Shown one piece after another: positions 9,347 through 18,083 of a stretch of 64,000 nt of DNA. Source of the stretch: an uncultured delta proteobacterium (GTDB lineage Bacteria; Desulfobacterota; Syntrophia; Syntrophales; UBA2185); the NCBI GenBank assembly GCA_963729715.1, contig CAVSPA010000003.1, positions 256,001-320,000 of the forward strand. The letters run 5' to 3'. How positions within the stretch are numbered: position 1 is the first letter of the stretch; the number at the start of each line of letters is the position of its first letter. The position numbers and the translations under genes were made by a program. The notes under the pieces were generated by a model, which saw only the letters and a program-made list of their open reading frames with translations, searched no databases and had not been told where the DNA came from.

Positions 9347-10819
9347 TTATACGTATCCAAGCCACTTCCAGTATGTGGCCCCTAAGAGAAGAATGACGAG
9401 ATAGGCGATGATTGTTAAAGGAATGCCTGTCCGCATGAAATCTTTAACTTCAAATGTTTCTGTGCTGTATGCCACCATATTTTGTGGCGCATTTACCGGC
9501 AAGATAAACCCGAAGCTCACCACGTACTGTAAAATCATTGTCATGCCCCATACGTTCATGCCCGCCATCTTTACCTCCTGCAATACCGAAATCACAATCG
9601 GTATCATAGCTGACGCCAAAGCGGTGGCACTGGCAAACCCAAGGTGGATGATAATGAGGAAAGCGGCAAGGACAGCCAGAATTGTCAAGGCAGGCATGGT
9701 CTGTAAGCCAAACCAGGTGACAATCATTTTAGCCAGCCAGGCAGCGGCTTTCGTGGAAAGAAGAGCCGATCCAAGGCTTATGCCTATCCCGAACAACATC
9801 AGAGTACCCCAAGGGATTTTTGCCTGTGCTTCTTTCCATGTCATTACACCTACAACAGGCATCAGCATGATGGCCACGGCAGCGAGGGTCGTAGAGGCGG
9901 TATCGAAATTGTGGAGGACCATTTCGGTAGACCAGAAGAATAGCAGTGTAAGCGATACAGCGAACAGCTTCTTCTCGTTCAGTTTCATAGGACCAAGGTC
10001 AGCCAAGGCTTTAGCGATAGTTTCCCGGCTGCCTGGGATTTCCTCGGTGTCAGGCGGCATGACCTTCATCAAGACGTAATACAAGACCACAGACATAATC
10101 ACGGCGAAGGGAGCGGCGGCAATAAACCATTCGAACCAGGTAATCTGTTTGTTAAGAAGTTTATCAATAAAGCCGATGGCAACCATATTTTGTGCGGCTG
10201 CCGTTTTGATACCGACATTCCAAATACTATCAGCCTGGGCGGTGGCGATCATCAGGACGCCGGCAAATTTGCTCTTTTTATCCACATTAAGCGCCAGGAT
10301 AATCCCCATTACAATAGGAACCAGACAAGCGACCCTTGCGGTTGTGCTGGGAATGAAGAAACTGAGAACGAAACCCACAAAAATTACTCCAATCAGAATA
10401 CGGTTAGTCTTCGTCCCTATTTTAGACAGGATGGATAAGGCGATCCGCTTGTCGAGGCCGGTCTGCATCATCGCGGCGGCGATAAACAGCGCCCCGCCCA
10501 CTAAGGCAGTCGCGGGGTTGCTGAATCCGCCCAATGCCAGGGAGAGACCCTTGGAAGTTCCCATGACGCCCTTGGGATTGGCAACATCGGGTGATGTGCC
10601 GAGCAGGAAGACCATAATCGCCAGGATTATGGCGGCGCTGATCGGGTAGGAAACAGCCTCGGTCATCCAGATTATTATCGAAAAGATAAGCATGGCGATC
10701 ATTCTCTGACCCGCTACCGTTAGTCCTTCCGGCGTCGGCATTGCAATGATCCCCAATAACACAACAACACTGATAATAAGGCCATAGCGCTTGCTGAAGG
10801 AATCCTGTTCTGCTTTCAT
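9347..10819 (-). CDS. DASS-family sodium-coupled anion (dicarboxylate) symporter
   Basis: IWMTEAV, IPSTTAR, ASATA, LPVNAPQN, DFMRTG; many TM helices. Confidence 0.88.
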   Translation of the reverse strand: MKAEQDSFSKRYGLIISVVVLLGIIAMPTPEGLTVAGQRMIAMLIFSIIIWMTEAVSYPISAAIILAIMVFLLGTSPDVANPKGVMGTSKGLSLALGGFSNPATALVGGALFIAAAMMQTGLDKRIALSILSKIGTKTNRILIGVIFVGFVLSFFIPSTTARVACLVPIVMGIILALNVDKKSKFAGVLMIATAQADSIWNVGIKTAAAQNMVAIGFIDKLLNKQITWFEWFIAAAPFAVIMSVVLYYVLMKVMPPDTEEIPGSRETIAKALADLGPMKLNEKKLFAVSLTLLFFWSTEMVLHNFDTASTTLAAVAIMLMPVVGVMTWKEAQAKIPWGTLMLFGIGISLGSALLSTKAAAWLAKMIVTWFGLQTMPALTILAVLAAFLIIIHLGFASATALASAMIPIVISVLQEVKMAGMNVWGMTMILQYVVSFGFILPVNAPQNMVAYSTETFEVKDFMRTGIPLTIIAYLVILLLGATYWKWLGYV

Positions 10820-10959
10820 AATTAACTCCCTCTAAAAAAGTTAATTGACCCACGGCTGATATTGTTACCATATTTTTATATAGAGTTCTGTAGTTATTTT
10901 GATTATCACAAATTGTAATCTGTACTATTTCTCTATGCGATGAGGTGAGGATAAGTAGG

Positions 10960-11379
10960 GTATGCCGTGTAAAACGTATGACTAGTCGGTTAAAGTCCGA
11001 CGGTGGGAGTTCTGTAGTTCGCCCACGTAGCTGGAGGGAAGTGTTAAGGGTAACCTGAAGCATTAAGTTCCCTGACAAAGGTTCCTATAGGGAGTCGAGC
11101 AAACCTGCGGGTCGCAGCGTGAGCGAACCTAGATGTAGCCTCAAAAATCACAATGGAGTTGTCGACCCTCTCCTACACAGGGGAAGACCGGAGCATCTAT
11201 CCTGACGAAAACCACCAGAACCGATAGATGGACTTCCGTGGTAACAGGGGTGACACGCAGGGGCAGCCAGACGAGAATGAACGCGGGAGACCCTTGTCGA
11301 TGCTGCGAGAGCGGCAACTGGTGGATATAAGGAAACGAAGTTTCACTGGGTCGGCACGGGAGTCGGAGTTGCCCATAGT
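10960..11379 (+). mobile_element. Group II intron A (outermost): DI, DII, J2/3 and the start of DIII only; interrupted by intron B
   Basis: 5' GTATG; GTCGGTTAAAGTCCGAC DI motif; EBS1 loop CCTAC (11172-11176) complementary to upstream GTAGG (10955-10959); GTCGGAGTTGCCCATAGT DII/DIII junction. Confidence 0.75.
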
Positions 11380-12296
11380 GTGCGCTGGGCAGCGCACTGA
11401 TCAGGAAGGTTAGAGTCCCTCTGGCACCCGGATGAGGGGTGTCATATCCAAAGGCGGGGGTAACGCCTCGCTGGACGCGGAGAACAGATAAGGAGAACCC
11501 TAAATAGGGCACGAAGCCGGAAACGGTGGAAACAGACAAGGGGATGCACCTAAGTTTGATCTCTGTCGACAGACAACCGGAGGACAGGGTGTCCATCGTG
11601 AGATGGAATCCGAAGGGTTTGCGGAGAAATACCGGGCCGTAGTCGAGGGAGCCATCCCAAGGACGAACCGGTCGGCCAAGGGTGGGGCAAGGTCGAGCCT
11701 GCACTATGGAGGCGAAGGCGTTCTCATCCACCCGCCGCACCAGGGTGTTTGCGGGCGGCATGGTAGGGAAGATCAGTGAGTGACCCCAGGAGGACTCACA
11801 TGGTTTCCGGGTGGCACCGGAATAAGTGACCCTATAAGCATAAGCGAAGTGGGAAGCGATGCCATGTGAGTAGTCGGACAACCGAATAATACCTGAAGCA
11901 CGGTGAAAGCCATGTGACCGAGGAATCGGCAGAAGAGTGATCTGGGGAAGGCGGTTGACAAGGGTGGTCGGGGCGAAACGAGAAGCGAGATAAGGAAGGA
12001 TGATGACGAGGATAAGTTCCGTCAGTGAAAAACCCATAAGTGATCATTCGAGGAGACTCGTGGACTGGATCAAACCGACCGGTGGAAGGAAGGCCCACTC
12101 ATTAGTGGACAAGGTTTACAAGATGAAGAAGAGCCGATCTTCGATCCGGTATTCGAGGAAGCCAACTTCGGGTATCGGAAGGGGAGATCATCGAAAAATG
12201 GGTCTTGTGAATCTTGTATCGCTAATACCTTCTATCACATCTGCCAGAAAGGCAACTTTTGTGAAAGCCGGATGCTGGAAAACTGCATGTCCGAAT
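11380..12296 (+). mobile_element. Group II intron B: DI-DV with internally deleted RT ORF; interrupted in DV by intron C
   Basis: 5' GTGCG; EBS1 ACTATG (11703-11708) pairs with IBS1 CATAGT (11374-11379); RT fragments HSLVDKVY / EPIFDPVFEEANFGYRKGRS / GLVNLVSLIPSI; DV AAGCCGGATGCTGGAAAACTGCATGTCCG at 12265-12293. Confidence 0.85.
12000..12245 (+). pseudogene. Remnant of the intron B reverse transcriptase/maturase
   Basis: N-terminal segment, an RT-2a-like segment in another frame and a C-terminal segment joined by deletions; no YADD. Confidence 0.75.
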
Positions 12297-13100
12297 GTGT
12301 GTCCAGCGAAGGCTGGTATGTTCAGCAGGAGTTAGTCCTGCCGGGGAAAAAGACAGAAGCCCCGTAGCTTGGATAGCAGGGTGGCGGGAAACCAAGACTC
12401 TGAAGCCTATCGACAAAGCCACCGAAAGGGTGGTTGCGAGTTACCAGGCCGTAACGAGAGTGAACGCAGAGGTGGCCCCGAAAGTGTGAAGCCCCGGAAG
12501 CCGAGCCTGCATCCGTAAGGCGAAGGCAAGATGAACAGACGAAAACTGGATGATACGTTTGATTCATTCCGGCGGGGTGATAGCGACAGCATGGTAGCAA
12601 GGACAAACCAAGCAACTGGAGAAGCCCTCCTCGTCCCAGGGAGAAATCTCTGGAGCAAGGTAGATTCTATAACCGTGAACAGCGGGAAGTGGATCGAAGG
12701 CGAGAGGGTGGCGGATGGGTTCGTAAGAGCGATGAACCGGAGTAATAGCCGGGGAGCAAAGGAGCCCTGCTGTTAATGATCTTCCGACAACACTGGGAGG
12801 TAAGGGCGAAATGATGAAGGCGCCCGTTAGTTTACAGGACCTGAGGAGGAAGATGTACTTAAAGGAGAAGTCTGAAAAGGCGTGGTGATTCTGCAAGGAA
12901 CCGCTGTGGTTTCGGCTGGGACAGGTGGAATAGGGACTGATTATCAGGCCTGAAAGCGCTGCCAGACTGATAGGTCACATAAACCTTTAGGAGAAGTTAA
13001 CAGGAAAGCATAGTGCGGGAAATCCGCATGCTATGATTGACGAGGCGGGGGCTGGAAACGTACTGAAAGTGCTCAGTGACGCGCCAGTCCTCGACCCTAC
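12297..13100 (+). mobile_element. Group II intron C (innermost): complete DI-DVI, ORF-less, 804 nt
   Basis: 5' GTGTG; DV AAGCATAGTGCGGGAAATCCGCATGCTATGATT (13006-13038) with AGC triad; DVI ending GACCCTAC with bulged A at 13094 and terminal AC. Confidence 0.9.
12811..12950 (+). pseudogene. Remnant of the intron C reverse transcriptase/maturase
   Basis: MMKAPVSLQDLRRKMYLKEKSEKAW* F(W) N-terminus fused near 12893 to a C-terminal ARNRCGFGWDRW segment. Confidence 0.7.
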
Positions 13101-13146
13101 GACAAAATTCTTGCACCCGACGGATCGAAAGTCCGGTACAGCACCT

Positions 13147-13719
13147 TCAGTAGAAAAGTTCTTTGATAAGGACACGACCGGAAGGGTCGAAAAGAAAGCC
13201 CTCCATCTTCAGTAAGGCCCGTTTCATTTCGATACCGCCCTGATATCCGCCCAGTGTTCCGTCAGAGCGAATGGCACGATGGCATGGTATTATGATCGGA
13301 AACGGATTGGTAGCCAAAGCTCTGCCTACGGCGCGTGCACCATAGGCATCACCGAGATGATTGGCGATCCGATGATATGTACTCACACTGCCGCGCGGAA
13401 TTCCATGTTCAGCAAGCAAGACCCTTTGCTGAAATTTCGAGCATAGATCCAAACGAACAATATCGAGAAAGAAGTGGACGTCTTCGCCCGTCAGGAATGC
13501 TGCAATCTGGTCGGCAACAAAATCAACCTCGGCGCAGGAAGAAGGTATGAGATCGGGAAAGGATGTCTGGACAAGCTGCCTGGCCGACACTTTGGGCTTG
13601 GAAAGCAAGGCACGCCAGATTTTCGGCTGACCTCGATGTACTTGCCAAAGGACGGCTACCGAACCGAAGGGTGTCCTGCGAAGGCAGTAGGATGACGGGG
13701 TGTTTTCTGTCTTCTTCAT
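13147..13719 (-). CDS. ogt: Methylated-DNA--protein-cysteine S-methyltransferase
   Basis: IPRGSVSTY, ARAVG, NPFPIIIPCHRAI, LGGY motifs. Confidence 0.9.
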   Translation of the reverse strand: MKKTENTPSSYCLRRTPFGSVAVLWQVHRGQPKIWRALLSKPKVSARQLVQTSFPDLIPSSCAEVDFVADQIAAFLTGEDVHFFLDIVRLDLCSKFQQRVLLAEHGIPRGSVSTYHRIANHLGDAYGARAVGRALATNPFPIIIPCHRAIRSDGTLGGYQGGIEMKRALLKMEGFLFDPSGRVLIKELFY

Positions 13720-13854
13720 GTGTTTAACAATTATTGCCGTTTGAAATACAGCAGCCTCGTCATGGTTTAAGAGCCGCTGCTTTCAGGAAGGGATGACCAG
13801 AAGATCAAATCCTGATTTTGCAAAATCGCGCAACCGGCCCGATCGCCAACTGCA

Positions 13855-15048
13855 TCAGTGCCGGGCCCTAAGGTGCTGTACTGCCTTTTCCAGGCCGTCC
13901 AGTGTCAGCTCGAACATGGGAAAGACCTGGCCGATCATGCCGACGGTAAAAGTATGGCGCCAGTCATCTTCAGGCTGGGGATTGAGCCAAACGGCATGGT
14001 GAAATATATTGGCAAGATATTTCAGACGCTCCAGGCCGGTCCCAACCTCCACCTCATCGATGTATATCGACCCGGTGGTGTGGATCAGCTCATAGGGAGC
14101 CATGCTCGCATCGCCAACGATGATGAGCCTTGTTTCCGGATCTTTGCGGATGAACTCTTCGATAGGCTCCGGCTTGTAGCGCCGCTGCGCGTCCTGCCAG
14201 ACACGGCTGTAAATGGTGTTATGGAAGAAGTAGATTTTCAAGTCCTTGAACTGGCTCCGGGCATAATGAAACAGGGTCTGGACGACCTCGACATAGGGGT
14301 CCATAGACCAGCCGCCGTTGTCGATCATGAGGATGATCTTGAGACGATCCGATAACCGGCGATCGAAGATGATCTCGATTTCTCCGGCGTTTCGCATTGT
14401 CTCATAGATGGTCTCATCCACATTTACAAGATCTTTCGGACCGGAGGGAATCATGCGGCGCAGCCGCTTCAAGGCCTCGCCCATCTGCACCTCTGTCAGA
14501 GGGCCTTCCTGTGAATAATCCTTATATCGCCGTTCCATGGCCACCTTGACGGCCGATTTGTTTCGGGACTGCCCACCCACGCGCATCCCGCCTGGATGAT
14601 AGCCAGAATGCCCGACCGGCGAGGTACCTCCCGTGCCGATCCAGCGGTTTCCCCCGTGATGGGCTTCCGTCTGATCCTTGAGCCGGTCGAGAAAATATTG
14701 GATAAGCTCTTCGGGCGTCATCTTTTTCAGTTCTGATGCGTCGAGACCAAGGGCCTCGGCGATTTGCTCCGGGTTCCTCAGCCATTCTTCGAGAAGCGCC
14801 TTCACGATTTCCGTAAGCTCAATTTCTTCCGGCGCCTTGAGGGCAACGCCGCGGAAGAAATGCGCGAAGACCTGATCGTACATATCGAAATAACGCTCGC
14901 TCTTTACGAGGATTGCACGGGCGGTCGTGTAAAAATCATCGACGGACTGGATCATGCCGAGGCTCAACGCCTTCTGCAGCCTCAAGAAAGACGTAGGCGA
15001 CACTGGAAGCCCGCGCTCACGGAGCGTATAGAAAAATTCGATAAACAA
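13855..15048 (-). CDS. VWA-domain (CoxE-like) partner of the MoxR ATPase
   Basis: HHGGNRWIGTGGTSP, DNGGWSM MIDAS-like motif, VGDASM, VWLNP. Confidence 0.8.
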   Translation of the reverse strand: MFIEFFYTLRERGLPVSPTSFLRLQKALSLGMIQSVDDFYTTARAILVKSERYFDMYDQVFAHFFRGVALKAPEEIELTEIVKALLEEWLRNPEQIAEALGLDASELKKMTPEELIQYFLDRLKDQTEAHHGGNRWIGTGGTSPVGHSGYHPGGMRVGGQSRNKSAVKVAMERRYKDYSQEGPLTEVQMGEALKRLRRMIPSGPKDLVNVDETIYETMRNAGEIEIIFDRRLSDRLKIILMIDNGGWSMDPYVEVVQTLFHYARSQFKDLKIYFFHNTIYSRVWQDAQRRYKPEPIEEFIRKDPETRLIIVGDASMAPYELIHTTGSIYIDEVEVGTGLERLKYLANIFHHAVWLNPQPEDDWRHTFTVGMIGQVFPMFELTLDGLEKAVQHLRARH

Positions 15049-15060
15049 ATCCGGTTCCTC

Positions 15061-15903
15061 TCAGCGCATCCTCGCCGACTGCTGGGTGGCGGCAGCGAGA
15101 TCTGCGCTCTTCTTGAAAAGGATGCCCAAATAGGGCGTGTTTCCCCGCGAAAGCGATTTTATGTGCATATCGGGGTCCGTCTTCAGGGCGCGAATCCAGT
15201 TGATCAGTTCCCGCGTGGCCGGCTTCTTTTCAATTCCCTTGAAATCGCGCAGGCGGTAGAAGGCCTCGATGCAGGCCTCGGAGAGATCCTTGCCGAGATT
15301 GGGGAAATGAACGCCTACGATGAGCCGCATCGTCCCGGTATCGGGAAAGGCGATGTGATGAAAATTGCAGCGGCCGAGGAAGGGATCGGAGAGGTCCTTC
15401 TTCGCGTTGGAGGTAATGATGATCACAGGCCGGTTGCGCGCCGTGATGGTCTTGTCAATTTCTATGATATCGAACTGCATCTGGTCGAGGACGTCGAGCA
15501 TGTCGTCCTGAAAATCGCTGTCGGCCTTGTCTATCTCGTCGATCAAGAGCACCGTCCGGACCTCCGATACAAAGGCTTGGCCGATTTTTCCCATCCGGAT
15601 GTATTCCTCGATATTGCTGACGTCCCGCTTGGAATCACCGAAGCGGCTGTCGTTTAAGCGCGTGAGGGTATCGTATTGATACAGGGCGTCCACAAGCTTC
15701 ATGCTGGACTTTACATTCAGCACAATCAGGGGCATCTTCAGGCTTTCGGCAATGGCATGGGCGAGCATCGTCTTTCCCGTGCCCGGCTCCCCTTTGAGCA
15801 GGAGCGGCATTTCCAGGGCTATGGAGACATTCACAACTTTTGCCAACTCGTCATCGAGAACGTACTTGGACCCGCCGCGAAAAGAATTGTTATCTTTGGT
15901 CAT
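15061..15903 (-). CDS. MoxR-family AAA+ ATPase
   Basis: GEPGTGKT, YQYDTLTRLNDS, LLIDEIDKAD, IITSN, RCNFHHIAFP. Confidence 0.88.
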   Translation of the reverse strand: MTKDNNSFRGGSKYVLDDELAKVVNVSIALEMPLLLKGEPGTGKTMLAHAIAESLKMPLIVLNVKSSMKLVDALYQYDTLTRLNDSRFGDSKRDVSNIEEYIRMGKIGQAFVSEVRTVLLIDEIDKADSDFQDDMLDVLDQMQFDIIEIDKTITARNRPVIIITSNAKKDLSDPFLGRCNFHHIAFPDTGTMRLIVGVHFPNLGKDLSEACIEAFYRLRDFKGIEKKPATRELINWIRALKTDPDMHIKSLSRGNTPYLGILFKKSADLAAATQQSARMR

Positions 15904-16046
15904 GTATAAACTCCTTTTATAACTGCGTCGTTAAACGCCGGATATTTTTTGAATCGTGTTTTCCTATTTCATCTGTGGAAAAATTACCAGCGTTTTTTTC
16001 AACGCAGCCGATAGTGCATCAATATTGCCCGGCATATTGCAGGCCG

Positions 16047-16826
16047 TCATCGAAGACAATCGAGGATGGCATCCTTTGTCTTTGTCATATCGGCAAGCTT
16101 GACCTCTAGGGTCATCGTTGACTTGTAGCCTTTCTCCGCGAGGAGACTGAATATCCGCCGGTAGTCCACGATGCCCTCTCCGAGGGGCAGATGGATGTCA
16201 TCCTTTGGCGATTTTCCGCCGCGGTTGTCATGCACATGCACATGCTCTATCCGGGGGAAACAGTTTTCGATGAAACCGAAAGATGTGTTCTCCCTGGAGA
16301 GGAGCTGGCCGTGGCCTATATCCAAGGTCATTTTCAAGTCGGGAACATTATCAAACATAGGCATGAAATGATAATATCGTTCACTCAGGTTTTCAATGCA
16401 TAAAACTATGCCCGCGTTCCTGGCAGATGCGACCATCTCCGACGCCAACTCGATCTTGCGTGCGGCCGCTTCATGCGGAACATACCTTTCGTCCATCCAG
16501 AAATGGAATGTTCCCTTCGCGATGCCAAGCGCTCCTGAAAGTTCGAAGAGTCTCTTCATGCGGGGGACGAATCGCTCCTCAAGAATCTTCGTATCAAAGG
16601 TGTTATCTTCATTGGGATAGTGGGCAAGATACGTGATACCATAAAGGCTCTTCAGTCTTAGAAGCTCGTCGAGTTCACGCTCGACATCTTCCGGGACATA
16701 AAGCGAAATCTCGGTGAAAGGATATCCGAGTTTTCCGACTTCGTGAATCTGCCCTATCGAGTGGGCTCTCCCGCCGATGATGAACATTCTGTATTCCCTG
16801 ATGCCTTCGTTTAGGGATTTAAGCAT
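16047..16826 (-). CDS. Sugar phosphate isomerase/epimerase (xylose isomerase-like TIM barrel)
   Basis: Metal ligands IENL, LDIGHG, HVHVHDN, DIHLPLGEG, LEV; true start may be MFIIGG. Confidence 0.8.
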   Translation of the reverse strand: MLKSLNEGIREYRMFIIGGRAHSIGQIHEVGKLGYPFTEISLYVPEDVERELDELLRLKSLYGITYLAHYPNEDNTFDTKILEERFVPRMKRLFELSGALGIAKGTFHFWMDERYVPHEAAARKIELASEMVASARNAGIVLCIENLSERYYHFMPMFDNVPDLKMTLDIGHGQLLSRENTSFGFIENCFPRIEHVHVHDNRGGKSPKDDIHLPLGEGIVDYRRIFSLLAEKGYKSTMTLEVKLADMTKTKDAILDCLR

Positions 16827-17027
16827 AGACCGGTCTTACCTGCAGGGCAAGGTGAGGTTTGCTTCCTCCGGCCGTTTCATGACCATAGATATATCAAACC
16901 TGATGAGAAAACGCATATCTATTATTATCGACTATCACAGGCGAACTACATCAGGGGCCGCTATCAATTGTTTAAGCATAGAGTATTCGGACGATTTTAG
17001 GACGTCACGCTCATAGGACGAATTAGC

Positions 17028-17055
17028 TTGACTTCCTCCAGATTGAGAGTATTCT
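17028..17055 (+). promoter_or_regulatory. Putative sigma70 promoter
   Basis: TTGACT-16 bp-TATTCT. Confidence 0.4.
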
Positions 17056-17134
17056 AAGATTAAAACCATGTAATAGACATCACTGAAAAAGCTGATGAGC
17101 CCTCTTCCCGAGTAGGGAAACAAAGAAACTATTG

Positions 17135-17176
17135 AAGCCCTGTCCATTACAGTGACACAGGGCTTTTTGTTTTTTT
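17135..17176 (+). terminator. Intrinsic terminator-like hairpin upstream of the ORF at 17236
   Basis: AAGCCCTGT...ACAGGGCTT followed by a long T tract. Confidence 0.65.
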
Positions 17177-17235
17177 AGGACGGAAAAGAATCCGGGGCAT
17201 TAATTAGATGATATTTAACGCAAGGAGGTTGCAAG

Positions 17236-17544
17236 GTGAATATACACCTGATCGAACATTTAAATAATTTTGCCAAGCTGTCGGATAATGTATGGGAAAG
17301 CGGCTGGTGGACACTGGATGAAAATAAAGCTCAAAAACTGGTTGGCGGTGAGATTTTTTTTCATAAGAAGAAACAAGAGCCTTCCTTTTACGGCGGAACC
17401 ATACTTGGGTATAGAGTGGAGCCGGATGGCGAGTATCAGGGGAAAATTATTTTCAAGCTCCAGCATAAAAAATCATGCAGGGATGTCAGGACAGACAAAT
17501 CCGGATGGTCTAAGGAAATGAAGATAATAGGGATGGAACAGTGA
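17236..17544 (+). CDS. Hypothetical protein
   Basis: Strong RBS AAGGAGGT, GTG start, 102 aa. Confidence 0.7.
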   Translation: MNIHLIEHLNNFAKLSDNVWESGWWTLDENKAQKLVGGEIFFHKKKQEPSFYGGTILGYRVEPDGEYQGKIIFKLQHKKSCRDVRTDKSGWSKEMKIIGMEQ

Positions 17545-17563
17545 GTCGAAAAGGATAAAGACC

Positions 17564-17944
17564 ATGACCGAAGACTTGATGGACTATTGGGTGAGGCTGA
17601 TAAAGCCGATTTTCCCGACGAATGCTTGGATTGTTCCACATTTCGCCGACAACGATCACATTATACAAATTGATTGGAACCTCGACAACAATACAAAGCA
17701 GTCAAACAAGCGCTCTAAGAAAATTGAGATAATAATCAAAGAGGATGCAATTGACCTGTATCTCGACAAAAACAAGCAGGATCGTGAATTATATGGTGAC
17801 GCACTAAAGCTGTTTATCGGCGAGCGGTATAACCATTTTAATCCTGATAACGAGGCTCTCACGAACAGATCTGTACGCACAGAAAAATGGTTAGTCTCAA
17901 AGGCTATCCTTAATACATTGACCCCTTCACATAGCTTGATGTAA
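17564..17944 (+). CDS. Hypothetical protein
   Basis: 126 aa, 19 bp after the previous ORF, AAGGA RBS. Confidence 0.65.
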   Translation: MTEDLMDYWVRLIKPIFPTNAWIVPHFADNDHIIQIDWNLDNNTKQSNKRSKKIEIIIKEDAIDLYLDKNKQDRELYGDALKLFIGERYNHFNPDNEALTNRSVRTEKWLVSKAILNTLTPSHSLM

Positions 17945-18006
17945 CTTTTAAAAATATAGTTCTGCGGTCAACACAACCCATCTTCCGTAATTTCCACTTT
18001 TCCAAT

Positions 18007-18059
18007 GTCATTCCCGCCCCCGATAAGAACATTCGAGGGCAGGCTCCCACTGGAATCCA
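18007..18059. repeat. REP-like GTCATTCCCGC...GGAATCCA palindromic unit
   Basis: Same ends as the interrupted copy at 18070/19846 and the inverted copy at 41384-41405. Confidence 0.6.
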
Positions 18060-18083
18060 TCCACCTCCTGTCATTCCCGCGGA

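Noticed and set aside
12886..12888. In-frame TGA in the intron C ORF remnant as selenocysteine
   Set aside because: It sits where W-R-F-W is expected, so a CGA>TGA nonsense change in a dead ORF is simpler
11141..12896. Several ORFs in the intron stack (e.g. the 298-aa minus-strand ORF 11141-12037)
   Set aside because: They are shadow ORFs over structured intron RNA with no protein motifs
13120..13125. Perfect ACGGAT (IBS1 for intron C) 20 nt downstream of intron C
   Set aside because: A 6-mer on the wrong side of the intron can arise by chance; no supporting evidence
17092..17121. CTGATGA…GAAAC resembling a hammerhead core, or the 3' end of a fluoride riboswitch
   Set aside because: Stem II lacks the closing G-C pair before GAAA, stems I and III are not evident, and no GGCGATGG-type 5' half is present
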